NCBI RefSeq assembly: GCF_006345805.1
Contig: NC_043018.1
Location: 28,396,001 to 28,460,000 of the forward strand
Length of the DNA stretch: 64,000 nucleotides
Source: Octopus sinensis
Taxonomy: Eukaryota
Direction of reading: 5' to 3'
In this document: positions 1-13,579 of the stretch, in pieces
How positions within the stretch are numbered: the first letter of the stretch is position 1
How the letters are laid out: each line of letters opens with the position of its first letter
Position numbers and translations under genes: made by a program
The notes under the pieces: generated by a model
Told to the model about the DNA's origin: nothing
What the model saw: only the letters and a program-made list of their open reading frames with translations
The model's database searches: none

Positions 1-509
1 AGCTTTTTATATGATTAATATCTTTTTTCAATTTATGTTGGAAATCGTTAAAAGACTTACGAAATTTTATTTTGCTCATGATTTTCAGCAGGTCCGCTTC
101 GAAATCTTCCAAGCCTTTAATCCTGGAGGGAATTTTTTGGATTTTATTCGATAGAAAATGTTTTCCTTGGTGTTCGCTTCTGTATCAAAAAAGAAGCCTT
201 CCATCTCATACGCTTAATTACATCAGTAATTTTCTGCAGAAGTTTCTTAGAGTAAAAATCCTTTGATGGGATCGGTATATTTTTCATAGAATAATCTATG
301 TGATATCGTCCATTTTAGATTCTTTTGTTTGTGAGAGTCCTCAACCGATGTTAGGCGATAATCCCAAAAAGGTCGTATTAGCTCTTAGTTGAGAAAACGT
401 CGTCCGGGAGGTGATTTATTGATAAAACGGTAAGATACAAAAGAAAGAAAGAGACCTCAATATTATGTAAATAGAGGAATTTATCTATACAATATGTTAC
501 ATTACTCGG

Positions 510-583
510 TAGTCAAGATAAAACTCTGAGTTTCAGATGCCGAAGTGGAAATCCACAACACCATCTCTTCGGTTATCTGGCTA
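510..583 (-). ncRNA. Hammerhead-like motif in the PLE inter-ORF region (second copy ~3080-3152)
   Basis: Minus strand reads gataa-CCGAAGA-gatg..catc-t-GAAA-ctc-a-gag-TT-ttatc. The core has U4>C; related copies at 55.7-55.9 kb have CTGAAGA. Confidence 0.6.
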
Positions 584-772
584 TTTGAAAACGTTATGAA
601 AAAATACCGTTAAAAATGAAGGGAAATTACTCTGTTATAACTCTGCTTTGCCTGCGTACTTATACATCGCTCGCATTTTTCGTCATAAAAATTATATAAA
701 AATACATAAAAATATATAAAAAATATATAAAAAATATATAAATCTTCTTGGGACATAACACAGAAATATGTT

Positions 773-2880
773 CTATCCGTTTTCTTTAGGGGACCAAAAA
801 CGTAACAGAAATTTAGTCACATGTGGGCATGATCCGAAAATCTCTGTCCTTGTATTTAGACATGTGGTAGGGTCTAAGCTGCTTTTCCAGATAAGCCATC
901 TCTCCATGTCGCATAAACCGCACCTTCCGCTGCCGTTAGTATAGGGCTTACATCTGGCCAAAATCTTCCATTGTATGTTATAATCGACACCTTTATCTCT
1001 TAAAGACCAAATATGATCGGATAATTGTGTCGCTTTTCTTTTGTTCCAGTGCCTAAAGCTCAAAGTGTGGTTATTGAACCTGGCCTTGAAATTACCCTCT
1101 GTAAGGCCCACGTATTTCTTCGTCGAAACGGTGTCTTTAGTTGTTATAGAGTTTACGGTAGCTTCATATATGATGGTCTTGACATGCAAGCTCCATTTAG
1201 CGGGCACATTCTTTATTCCTGCATGAACAGCTGTTTTCTTCTTGTGTTTTTTGTATGTTATGATTGATTATGTTTTTAAAATTGGTAGTTGAACTAAAAC
1301 TAATTTTTAAATTGTGTCTATTGAAGAGTTTCCTATAAGCATGGTTAACTGGAAAATGTCTATCTATCAGTGCTAGGAAATATTTACCTATATTGAAGGC
1401 CACCTCGGGTAAACCAGATGACCTTCCTATTTCTATTATTCCTTTTTCTTACTGTTGGGCTAGTGATAGGTGTATATTTTATTTTTTCGCTAAAACCACT
1501 ATCTTTTAAAGCTTTATTATAAACTGGGGCAACGCTATTGAAGATGTCCTCATTAGATGAGAGGCTAGAAATCGTCTTACTAATATTTTTATCTAAATTT
1601 TTGAATACTATAGGGGGATGGCATGAACCTACATTAATATAACTTAGTCTATCATTGGGCTTCCTATAAGGCTTATAAATATTTTTATTAAGATCTAAGG
1701 AAACGCCTAAGAAATTGAGAACCGTCAGGTTAGTGTCTATAGTTATACTAAGTCCGAAGTGTTTCATTAACTGGATAATATCCTTCCTAAAACGATCTTG
1801 TGCTGGTCCATTTGTATTAGCTGTTAAGGCGAGGGCATCATCTTTGTAGATGGCGAAATGTACGTTAGGGAATGTCTTACCGAAGGTATCTAGGAGAAAG
1901 AGTCCAATTAGATCACAGATGCCTGCCCCATCATATGAACCCATGCTCACATCGAAAGCGCCCTCCGTGTCGGTGTTTTTTACCCACTTTGCATTCTCAC
2001 TGAAAAGTAATGTCTTTCTAGCATGGAAGATTATATCCTTATCATTGGTACTAATTTCTATGAAGTCACTAGCGAAGGTTAGGGCTTTATCTAGCAGTTC
2101 TTTAGAGATAGAGGCATAAAAATCAACAATATCGAATTGTGTAAACCTCGCTTTTTCTTATTCTTAATAGCTTTAAACCAGTCTACGACTTCTATACTAT
2201 TGGACCATTGCACTAGCCTAGTATCGGTCTTAATTTTCGTATTTATTTTATCTAAAATTTCTTTGCTAATAATCCCTAGTTCTGACTGGCTCGGTTGATA
2301 AGCTACATTTAGGGTTGGAAAGGAAGTTTTCTTTGTGATCTTTAATAGTAATAAAGGCCTCTTTTTGGGGGAGGGCTTCTATTTTTTTATCTAATTTAAG
2401 TTTAGCGGCGATGACGCTAGCTTCTTTATTAATTTCGTTATATGTCTGTGCCCTAGCCTTAGTATAATTATTAATGATGCTGTTGTGTAAGAGTTGTGTG
2501 TATTTGCTGTTATCTACCAGGTATAAGTTCTTGGTTTTATCCGAAAAAAGTGCTTTTTTCTTGGAGCTTTTTATATGATTAATATCTTTTTTCAATTCAT
2601 GTTGGAAATCGTTAAAAGACTTACGAAATTTTATTTTGCTCATGATTTTCAGCAGGTCCGCTTCGAAATCTTCCAAGCCTTTAATCCTGGGAGGGAATTT
2701 TTTGGATTTTATTCGATAGAAAATGTTTTCCTTGGTGTTCGCTTCTGTATCAAAAAAGAAAGCCTTCCATCTCATACGCTTAATTACATCAGTAATTTTC
2801 TGCAGAAGTTTCTTAGAGTAAAAATCCTTTGATGGGATCGGTATATTTTTCATAGAATAATCTATGTGATATGCGTCCAT
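773..2880 (-). pseudogene. PLE polyprotein (RT + C-terminal GIY-YIG endonuclease), frameshifted
   Basis: ORFs 2266-2880, 1384-1950, 1197-1403 and 773-1207 join up. Motifs: YSMKNIPIPS, MGSYDGAGICDLIG, YKDD, CSCRNKE.CPLNG.C, IIYEA..KKYVGLTE..FKARFNNH, CGLCDMER, LNTRTE..CPH. Confidence 0.9.
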
Positions 2881-3336
2881 TTTAGATTCTTTTGTTTGTG
2901 AGAGTCCTCAACCGATGTTAGGCGATAATCCCAAAAAGGTCGTATTAGCTCTTAGTTGAGAATAACGTCGTCTGGGAGGTGATTTATTGATAAAACGGTA
3001 AGATAACAAAAGAAAGAAAGAGACCTCAATATTATGTAAATAGAGGAAATTTATCTATACAATATGTTACATTACTCGGTAGTCAAGATAAAACTCTGAG
3101 TTTCAGATGCCGAAGTGGAAATCCACAACACCTCTCTTCGGTTATCTGGCTATTTGAAAACGTTATGAAAAAATACCGTAAAAATGAAGGGAAATTACTC
3201 TGTTATAACTCTGCTTTGCCTGCGTACTTATACATCGCTCGCATTTTTCGTCATAAAAATATATAAAAATACATAAAAATATAAAAAATATATAAAAATA
3301 TATAAATTCTTCTTGGGACATAAACAGAAATATGTT

Positions 3337-3969
3337 CTATCCGTTTTCTTTAGGGGACCAAAAAAGTAACAGAAATTTAGTCACATGTGGGCATGATCCG
3401 AAAATCTCTGTCCTTGTATTTAGACATGTGGTAGGGTCTAAGCTGCTTTTCCAGATAAGCCATCTCTCCATGTCGCATAAACCGCACCTTCCGCTGCCGT
3501 TAGTATAGGGCTTACATCTGGCCAAAATCTTCCATTGTATGTTATAATCGACACCTTTATCTCTTAAAGACCAAATATGATCGGATAATTGTGTCGCTTT
3601 TCTTTTGTTCCAGTGCCTAAAGCTCAAAGTGTGGTTATTGAACCTGGCCTTGAAATTACCCTCTGTAAGGCCCACGTATTTCTTCGTCGAAACGGTGTCT
3701 TTAGTTGTTATAGAGTTTACGGTAGCTTCATATATGATGGTCTTGGACATGCAAGTTCCATTTAGCGGGCACAATTCTTTATTCCTGCATGAACAGCTGT
3801 TTTCTTCTTGTGTTTTTTGTATGTTATGATTGATTATGTTTTTAAAATTGGTAGTTGAACTAAAACTAATTTTTAAATTGTGTCTATTGAAGAGTTTCCT
3901 ATAAGCATGGTTAACTGGAAAATGTCTATCTATAAGTGCTAGGAAATATTTACCTATATTGAAGGCCAC
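3337..3969 (-). CDS. PLE GIY-YIG endonuclease domain (3' part of the upstream tandem copy)
   Basis: Uninterrupted 210-aa frame with the Cys-rich linker and GIY-YIG motifs. It duplicates 773-1403. Confidence 0.85.
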   Translation of the reverse strand: MAFNIGKYFLALIDRHFPVNHAYRKLFNRHNLKISFSSTTNFKNIINHNIQKTQEENSCSCRNKELCPLNGTCMSKTIIYEATVNSITTKDTVSTKKYVGLTEGNFKARFNNHTLSFRHWNKRKATQLSDHIWSLRDKGVDYNIQWKILARCKPYTNGSGRCGLCDMERWLIWKSSLDPTTCLNTRTEIFGSCPHVTKFLLLFWSPKENG

Positions 3970-4191
3970 CTCGGGTGAGTAAGGGGGCGTAAACCAGATG
4001 ACCTTCCTATTTCTACTATTCCTTTTCCTTACTATTGGGCTAGTGATAGGTGTATATTTTATTTTTTCGCTAAAACCACTATCTTTTAAAGCTTTATTAT
4101 AAACTGGGGCAACGCTATTGAAGATGTCCTCATTAGATGAGAGGCTAGAAATCCTCTTACTAATATTTTAAACTATATATATATATATATA

Positions 4192-4496
4192 TCACGTGAT
4201 CACGTGACCGACCAGACCATCAGATGTTCTTACACATCGCTGGTCACAATGCGTTCGCATCGTTTTAGCCTTCGAATGACGCCGCCCCGCTGGCTAAGCG
4301 AGCAGACCAACAGAAGAAAGAGTGGGAGATAGAGTGGTGAAAGAGTACAGCAGAGATCACCACCCCCTGCCGGAGCCTCGTGGAGCTCTTTTAGGTGTTT
4401 TCGCTCAATAAACACTCGCAACGCCCGGTCTGGGATTTGAAACCGCGATCCTGCGACCGCGAGTCCGCTGCCCTAACCACTAGGCCATTGCGCCTC

Positions 4497-4498
<2 letters not shown>
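4192..4498 (-). mobile_element. tRNA-derived SINE (family 3)
   Basis: Minus-strand head ggcgcaatggcctagtggttagggc..ggtttcaaatccc carries A/B boxes. Homologous to 43872-44032 and 15189-15305. Confidence 0.8.
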
Positions 4499-4536
<38 letters not shown>

Positions 4537-4739
4537 AATGCATACGCATATATCTATATATACATACACACATACATACACAGACACAGACACACACACA
4601 CATATATATGTATAGAGAGAGTGAGAGAAGAAGAAGAATGAGAGTTATACATATATATTTGATGGTGTATTTATAAAAAATATACACATGTAGTATATAT
4701 ATGCTTTTGTATATATATATATATATATATATATGCGTG

Positions 4740-5850
4740 TGGTCAAGAAGCTTTCATCCTGTTGGTCAAAATGTGACCAACAGCAGATATAAACATTATC
4801 ATTAATGCGATACTCGTTTGAACGCAAGTGTCTTTTTTTGCGGTGTCTGATCACAGATGGGGACATGTCAAGAGAATAAGGGGCGGTTGATCAACTGGCA
4901 GTCATTGAAACTATTGACATCTTTCTTGATGAAAGAGAACGCCCTTCGGCAGTTTTCCTGGGAGTTTGTCCTAGATTCCCTTTCGTAACTGCCTCAGTAA
5001 GCTGGCATAGTACACTCCATTGAGGATGTGAACCTTTACAATATAACCAATGTATAACACAGGGCGAAATGCTTAGCGGTATGTCGTCTGTCTTTATGTT
5101 CTGAGTTCAAATTCTCCCGAGGTCGACTTTGTCCTTCATCTTTCTGGGGTTGATAAATTGAGTACCAGATGCGTACTGGGGTCAATCTAATCGACTGGCT
5201 CCCTCCCCAAAACCTTTCGGGCCTTGTGCCTAGAGTAGAAAAATATATAACCAATGAATACAACGCGTTTTGTGTCCCCAAAACGACAACCATCATTTAT
5301 CCTGCAGACGAAATTATTTCGACTCTCTTTGGAGCAGGTGGGAAGTGGTCTTTCCCCTGCATGGATTGTCTCTTTTTCTCTGACTCAAAGTGACGAACAC
5401 AACTGACTTATCCTGACTTAGCGACTATTCAAGGAAAAAAGTTGAATCTGCCACAGAACTATGTCAAATTTTCCCGTAATGTGGCCATTCGGTGCGCTTT
5501 TGATTAGGTGCCAGAAAACGGGACACCCACTGAACAGAAACCGTTGTCATGCCAACTTCATTGTGCTGAATATTCTGAACTCTCTCATGGGATATGCTGA
5601 TGCATTTGATTTGTAGTCAATCGTCTGTCATCCAGCATTATGTGGTGAACATGATCAGTGTTTTTTCTAGGAGGTGGCAGTTGCAGGATGACCAGACCTT
5701 CGGTCATCTTCAAGACACACCCTTCCCCTCCTGAATTCAGCTACCCACTTTTGTACTCTTCACAAATTCGGAGTGTTATCTCCTCATGTAGCAAGCATGT
5801 CAGCACTAATGTCGTTGGGACGCTAAACCCCTTCTTCTAAAGTTACTTGG
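4740..5850 (-). mobile_element. Degenerate mariner transposase relic interrupted by a SINE
   Basis: Minus-strand peptides KWVAEFRRGRVCLEDDRRSGHP, MLDDRRLT, GMTTVSVQWVSRFL, NGVYYASLLRQLR, KGVLFHQ and YSLDMSPS, with stops and frameshifts. Confidence 0.75.
5061..5243 (+). mobile_element. tRNA-derived SINE (family 1), 5'-truncated
   Basis: ctgagttcaaatt..gaggtcgactttg..gataaattgagtaccag is shared with six other copies. atataaccaatg is repeated on both flanks. Confidence 0.8.
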
Positions 5851-6710
5851 TAACACCCCGATGCCAAATGTTGTGGATTTTAACGCGTCGTCGCTACTAA
5901 TTACGTGTGAAGTCTTCTTACCCGAGAAGAAACAATGACATTATTTAGAACAAGAATTAACATTAATGCAAGAAAGATTTCACAGCACACGTATCACTCC
6001 TTTATATTTAGCTCACCTCGTATATATACCAATCTTCTGTAGTTGATTATTTGTTAAAATCAGAGTATTAGATAAGAAGTTATTTCTTGCAATTATTCCT
6101 GTTAAACTATATAAATGATATAGAAGAACTAATGAATGTAAAGCAAAAAAAAAAGCAAAAAAACATCTATATTTATTTCCCAAAGTATATGAGAGAATTA
6201 CGTGATATCTAATTTGGTATGAAATATGGAAATTGTGATTACATTAGAGTCCTAACATTCAATATATATTTTCTTGTTTTAGTCGTTGTATATATTCTGT
6301 ATATATTCTCTATATATTCTATATGTACATATTTTCTAGTTTTAGCTGTTGTATATACTCTGTATATATTCTGTATATATTCTGTATATATTGTGCATTT
6401 ATTGCTAGTTTTAGCCGTTGTGCTAACATATTAGCTTCTATCTAAAGGTCATTGGCTTTATTCATGACAGTTTGAACAAGTGCCTCGGGTGGCAGATATA
6501 TTGCGACCCTAAATATACGTTCGTAGAAACAAACTATCACAATAAGTTATATAAACGTGATACAGATACTGGCGAATGTTCCTCTACGTTGCCAATTGTT
6601 TTAATAAATCGAAACATACAGGAAACAGGATTACTGTTACACAACGAATTCGAAATTGAACGGAAATATAGAAATAACGTCACACTCTACGTTATATATC
6701 AAGATGCCTG

Positions 6711-6785
<75 letters not shown>

Positions 6786-7189
6786 TATTTGAGACAAAAC
6801 CACTATTTGCAAAACAAACAAGGAAAGACTTAATCAATACATAAAATTTAATAAATAGTCAAAAAAACCGCCACTACAATCGTTCTTGTCTGATCGACAA
6901 TCTTCAGGTGGACTTCCATCTAAAAAATCAAAATTTTAAAATATAAAAATATACTTTTAAATATTAAAGTATAAATGAAAAAATATAGTATATATCCATA
7001 TATAACCTATATAATAATCCATATCGAAATATAGACTAATTACCACGAATTCCCTAAAAAAAACCATGATAAAACAAAACTCTTAAAAACATATAACGAT
7101 AAAATCTCCCTTTGCTAAACTCTATAACAACCTATAAAGTAAACCCCTAACCTAACAAAAATGAAATAAGTACAAGCACAAGTTCTAAC

Positions 7190-7840
7190 ACAAATTGCAA
7201 AAGGAATTAAAGAAAGTATTCCCAGATGTATTTTCAGATGAACTAGATGCATGTTCAAAAACAAAAGCAAAATCTGAGAGAATGCAGTACCAATTTTTAA
7301 ACCAAAAAGAAGTGTGCCGTATGCAGTGTTAGAACAAATAAACTTAGAGAGACTAGAAAAAATTGGAGTTATCCAAAAAGTTAAATACTCTGAATGGGCA
7401 TCATCAGCTGTGTACATTAAGAAAAAGAATAATAAAATCAGAGTGCGCTAATTTTTCCACTGGGTTAAACATATGACTTAAATCATTCAACTATCTGCTG
7501 CCTACTTTGAAGGACATATTTGCGAAATTAAACGGTTGGAAATATTTTCTAAATTGGATCTCTCTGATGCATATCTACAAACTGAAGTAGATGATGAATG
7601 CTCTAAATACCTAACAATTAACACACATAGGACTGTATAAATACAACAGGTTACCATTTGGTATATAAGTCACAACGGCGATCTTCCAACAGATTATGGA
7701 TACAATGTTAGCAGACTGTGAATTTGCAATTGCATATCTTGATGACATATTGGTTAAGAGTGAATCAAGAAGTCTGCATGTATAACATGTGAAAAAGGTA
7801 TTTAAAAAACTGAGTGAATACAGGTTCAAGCTGAGTACAG
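7190..7840 (+). pseudogene. Ty3/Gypsy reverse transcriptase fragment
   Basis: Peptides PIFKPKRSVPYA, SEWASSAVYIKKKN, FSKLDLSDAYLQ, TINTHIGLYKYNRLPFG, FQQIMDTML and AYLDDILV. Confidence 0.88.
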
Positions 7841-7849
7841 ATTGGAAGT

Positions 7850-7892
7850 CCACCTGAAGATTGTCGATCAAGACAAGAAACGATTGTAGTGG
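7850..7892 (+). ncRNA. Type I hammerhead ribozyme, canonical core
   Basis: ccac-CTGAAGA-ttgtc-gatcaa-gacaa-GAAA-c-gatt-GTA-gtgg. All three stems pair. A slightly damaged inverted copy lies at ~6870-6911. Confidence 0.85.
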
Positions 7893-8068
7893 CGGTTTTT
7901 TTTGACTATTATTAAATTTTATGTATTGATTAAGTCTTTCCTTGTTTGTTTTGCAAATTGGTTTTGTCTCAAATAATATTTTATAATATTTTACTATAAA
8001 ATTGGATTTAATCCTAAATCTGATTTTTTTTTTTCCCTGTAAATTTGGATATATTCCCTAATATTTAT

Positions 8069-8123
<55 letters not shown>

Positions 8124-8153
8124 ATATATATATATATATATATAGATATATAT

Positions 8154-8458
8154 AATGAAAGAATGGAGTCGAACAAGATGTTAACAAAATTCCTTTACTC
8201 TTGACACATAGAATGAAAACATTCTGTCTTCGGAACGTGTGTCAGAGTTAAGGAATTTTGTTAACATCTTCGTTCGACTCTATTCTTTCATTTATTCATT
8301 TATTCATGTACAGCACACAAATTTCTACACTGAACCCGGAGTTTCTACCCTTGACAGATCGCTTCAACCGTATTTCTGACGTGAATTTGCTACCCAGGTT
8401 TCGGTTAAATGAATTTTCCATGCTGATGATAAACATAGGATAATTCATTCACCTACTT
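8154..8458. repeat. Fold-back mini-element (inverted arms 8154-8292) of the family at 33.9 kb and 41.1-41.6 kb
   Basis: ggagtcgaacaagatgttaacaaaattcc is inverted as ggaattttgttaacatcttcgttcgactc. 8300-8458 matches the reverse complement of 41100-41265. Confidence 0.75.
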
Positions 8459-8474
8459 AAATATATATATATAT

Positions 8475-8508
<34 letters not shown>

Positions 8509-8513
8509 CATAC

Positions 8514-8550
<37 letters not shown>

Positions 8551-8568
8551 TATTTATTATATAGAAGG

Positions 8569-8619
8569 AGCTTCTACAGGACTAGTACTGTTTCATTCAA
8601 GAGAAATCTTCAGGAAGCT
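8569..8619 (-). ncRNA. Type I hammerhead ribozyme, canonical core (inverted copy 13450-13498 has a 2-nt deletion in stem III)
   Basis: agcttc-CTGAAGA-tttc-tctt-gaat-GAAA-cag-tactagtc-ct-GTA-gaagct. Confidence 0.8.
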
Positions 8620-8964
8620 ATTTAACAAGAATTGTATTAGCATTTATACATTTAGGCAGGTTTAAAGGAGTGGTGGTGGGGGACTTTTTTGGGGGTAGGC
8701 ATAGCGCAAAATATCATACTTGGGGGAGTGGTCAAGGAGTCAGTGGTAAGTTAGATGAAAGAATAGATAAATAAAAAAATAAAATAAAAAATAAAAAATA
8801 AAAAATAAAAAATAAAAAATAAAAAAAAAAAATAAAAAATAAAAAAAATTAAAAAAATAAAATAAAAAATAAAAAATAAAATGTGTGCACATACATACAT
8901 AAACACATATACATACACACACACATACGTACACATGTGTGCCTATACATACCTACACATACAC

Positions 8965-9020
<56 letters not shown>

Positions 9021-9340
9021 TACACAATCAATACCGCCCATCCCTAATTTTAATTTATTATCTTCATTTATTCTTTGTTATCTTTGATCGCTAGGGCTAA
9101 GGATCCTGGCGATGGCAGCATGTCCAATTGTCTGTCTACTAGAAGGCAAGTACTCTCTTTCCCGCACGCAACCTCATTAGCACGTACATACACCCATTCG
9201 TACACTCATACACATACACGTACGCACGCGTTATATTCATACATACAAACATCTACATACTTCACGTATATACACATACGTACTCGTACCTACAGATTCA
9301 TGTCTAACTTTAGGAGGCTAGTCTATATATACACCAATAA

Positions 9341-9395
<55 letters not shown>

Positions 9396-9492
9396 TACAC
9401 ACACACACACACATATATATACTCCTACATAAGATACATACCCATATATATATATACATATACCACACATACATATATATATATATATACAT

Positions 9493-9531
<39 letters not shown>

Positions 9532-9746
9532 CATACAACACACACACCATATATATACACACACATACATACACATATATAACTACACAAACATATATAC
9601 ACACATATATATATATACATATATACACACATACATACACACACCTACATACATATACACACAAAACACATACATACGTAAACATACATACATACATCCA
9701 TACATCCATACTTACATGCATTTATACGCATACATACACCCCCATC

Positions 9747-9819
<73 letters not shown>

Positions 9820-10317
9820 TCACACATACATATACAAATATACGCCCACACATACATACATACACGTATACGCATACACGCACATACACATATACATGCG
9901 TACCCATACACGTGCACACACGCACATGCATCCATATATATACACACACACACCCATATATATACACGTGTGCAAGCATACATACATACTCATACACGCA
10001 CACATACTTACATATACATATATGCACACACTTACACACATATATACATACACATATACATGCATACATACATATATGCATACATACACATACACGCACA
10101 TACACATATACACATGCGTACCCATACACGTGCACGCACGCACGCGCATCCATATATATACACACACACACATATATATACACGTGTGCAAGCATACATA
10201 CATACTCATACACGCGCACATACTTACATATACATATATGCACACACTTACACACATATATACATACACATATACATGCATACATACATATATGCATACA
10301 TACACACACGCGCACTC

Positions 10318-10348
<31 letters not shown>

Positions 10349-11846
10349 CATATATACACATATATATATATACATATATATACACAAACATATATATACA
10401 CATATACACATACACATACATGCACACCTACACACACATATACACATACACATACATATATATATATATATATATACCATATATACACATATACACATAC
10501 ATATATACACACATACATACATATACATACACCACACATACATATATACAACGGATACACATACCCTACATATATATATTATATATATATATATATACAC
10601 ACACACCACGTATACACATGCATATACTTATATCTCTACATACTCACAATAAACATATATATATATACACACACCATATATATACATGTACACACACATA
10701 CACATATACATACATATATACACACCACACATACTATATATAATATATACACATACATATATATATACATACATATATATATATTATATATATACACATA
10801 CCCCCCACATATATACATATATATACACACATATACCACACACACCACACACATACATATACACAATACATGTATACATACGCAATAATGATACACATAT
10901 ATACACATACACACCACAGACAGATGCATATACATACATATATATATATATATAATTACATATCTATATAAATACATACATAATACACATATACACCACA
11001 TATATACATACATATACATACACATATATATACATATATATATATATATACATATATATATACACATATACATATATATATACACACATACATACACATG
11101 CACATACATATACAAATATACATACACATACATACACACACACGCGCGCACATACATATCCACACCACATGTACAAATACAACATACACACATACACACA
11201 CACACATACTATATATACATACATGTACACAATACATATATATATATTCAACAAGGGAGGGTGAAGTTAATTAGTTATTAATCAAATTCACCAAGAATTC
11301 AGTATGTAAAGGGACCATTATTATTTTGAGTAAACAATGTTAGAGGGAAAAAAATTCTCTAAGTAGTGGAAGAGGCTAAAAAAACCTTTATTTGCTGCTA
11401 TTTCTAAAGTTTTAGTATGTGGCAAAGTAATTTATTTTATTTTACTCAGCCCTAATTATATAATATTTTATACATACATACACATACAAAACCACATACA
11501 TTTACACGTATATACACATATACACATACAAACACATATACATATATACACACACACACACACATACAAGCACATACATATATATATAATATATAATAAT
11601 ATATTCATATATGCAAACATATATACATATATATATTTTTTTTTTACATGCATACTACACACACACACACATAATAATACATGCGTATATTCCTACTGTA
11701 CCCATGCATTTCTATACATATATACATACATACGATACACATATACAAGCGTGCACATACAATATGTGAAAGGTCTTAGGAGAAAAGGTAATCGGGGGTG
11801 CTAGGGGGACAGTGGGGTTGGGGGGGTTGTAGGGGGGGGGTTGTCA

Positions 11847-12118
11847 TCAATCAGGTTGCCGGGTAGGTCTATATTTCTTATAGTTCGCATACTTCTTATG
11901 CATGCATTTTGGGGAGTGTTCTGAAATTTTGTTAAGGAGAGGGCCTTTGGCGAACAAGATCTCTAGGCTCTCTGATATGCATAGGTCCAGCAGGTATGTC
12001 CTCCTGTGTACGAGCGCGCCTTCTGTAGTAGTTTCCACTTGGTCTTGAAGGGGATAGAGTTCCTTTTAAGGTACCAGATGTGGGCGGCGAGGGTAGTTTG
12101 GTTGGATTTATCCTGTCG
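11847..12118 (-). pseudogene. C-terminal GIY-YIG relic of a second Naiad-like PLE
   Basis: TTLAAHIWYLKRNSIPFKTKWKLLQKARSY..TC plus DLCISESLEIL..LLNKISEHSPKCMH parallels TQLSDHIWSL..WKILARCKPY..CGLCDME..LNTRTE..CPH of the first PLE. Confidence 0.75.
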
Positions 12119-12667
12119 TGTTGTGTGTGTGTATATATATGGATGCATGTGCGTGTGTGCACGTGTATGGGTACGCATGTATATGTGTATGTGCGTGTAT
12201 GCGTATACGTGTATGTATGTATGTGTGGGCGTATATTTGTATATGTATGTGTGAGTGTGTATATATATATTAATATATATATTATATATATATATATATA
12301 ATATATATATTATATATTAGGGGGTGTATGTAGCGTATAAATGCATGTAAGTATGGATGTATATGTATGTATGTATGTTTACGTATGTATGTGTTTGTGT
12401 GTATATGTATGTAGGTGTGTGTATGTATGTGTGTATATATGTATAATATATATATGTGTGTATATATGTTTGTGTATGTATAATATTGTTGTTGTATGTG
12501 TGTGTATATATATGTGTGTGTGTGTATGTATGTATATATATATATATATATATCTATATATGTATGTATATGTATATATATATATATATGTATGTGTGTG
12601 TATATGTATATATATATATGGTATGTATCTGTATGTAGAGTATATATATGTGTGTGTGTGTGTGTAT

Positions 12668-12708
<41 letters not shown>

Positions 12709-13035
12709 TGTATATTTATTGGTGTATTATATAGACTAGCCTCCGAAAGTGTAGACATGAATCTGTAGGTACGAGTACGTATGTGTATATACGTGAACGT
12801 ATGTAGATGTTTGTATGTATGAATATAACGCGTGCGTACGTGTATGTGTATGAGTGTACGAATGGGTGTATGTACGTGCTAATGAGTGTGCGTGCGGGAA
12901 CGAGTACTTGCCTTCTAGTAGACAGACAATTGGACATGCTGCCATCGCCAGGATCCTTAGCCCTAGCGATCAAAGATAACAAAAGTATAAATGAAGATAA
13001 TAAAATTAAAATTAGGGAATGGGCCTGTATTTGAT

Positions 13036-13096
<61 letters not shown>

Positions 13097-13579
13097 ATGT
13101 GTGTATGTGTAGGTATGTATAGGCACCATGTGTACGTATGTGTGTGTGTATGTATATGTGTTTATGTATGTATGCCACTTTGCACACTTTTTTTTTTTAT
13201 TTTTTTTTTATTTATTATTTTTTATTTTTTATTTTTTATTTTTTATTTTTTATTTTTTTATTTTTTATTTTTTATTTTTTATTTTTATTTTATTTTTTTA
13301 TTATCTATTCTTTCATCTAACTTACCACTGACTCCTTGACCACTCCCCCAAGTATGATATTTTGCGCTATGCCTACCCCCAAAAAGTCCCCCACCACCAT
13401 CCTTTAAACCTGCCTAAATGTATAAATGCTAATACAATTCTTGTTAAATAGCTTCCTGAAGATTTCTCTTGAATGAAAGTACTAGTCCTGTAGAAGCTCC
13501 TTCTATATAATAAATTAATTTTACTCTGCTATGTATTGAGTACCTTACTTACTGTGGTTACCCCGGATCAACCGGGACC

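Larger units (their letters stand above)
1..4172 (-). mobile_element. Tandem array of a Penelope-like retroelement (Naiad-like), period ~2.57 kb: 5'-truncated 3' part (4172-3337), one full unit, and the start of a further unit running off the window edge
   Basis: 1-~1590 is nearly identical to ~2566-4170. RT and GIY-YIG peptides lie on the minus strand. The array ends in (TA)n at ~4175. Confidence 0.92.
6780..7985. mobile_element. Composite: inverted ~140-bp HHR-bearing ends enclosing a Gypsy RT fragment
   Basis: 6780-6920 is the reverse complement of 7843-7985. (TA)n lies outside both ends. Confidence 0.8.

Noticed and set aside
773-3969. Selenoprotein-type Naiad (in-frame UGA at conserved Cys plus a SECIS)
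   Set aside because: The conserved endonuclease-region cysteines are encoded by TGT/TGC, and 3337-3969 is open. I saw no SECIS.
4440-4498. tRNA gene
   Set aside because: The tRNA-like head continues into a repeated SINE body and has no proper acceptor stem.
9075-11254. Long ORFs of up to 525 aa rich in Y/I/H/T or C/V/M
   Set aside because: These are translations of stop-free (TA)/(CA)/(TACA) microsatellites. The same applies to most short ORFs in the window.
11250-11470. Repeat resembling 49310-49510, possibly another PLE end
   Set aside because: Similarity is patchy and I could read no ribozyme or coding motif.
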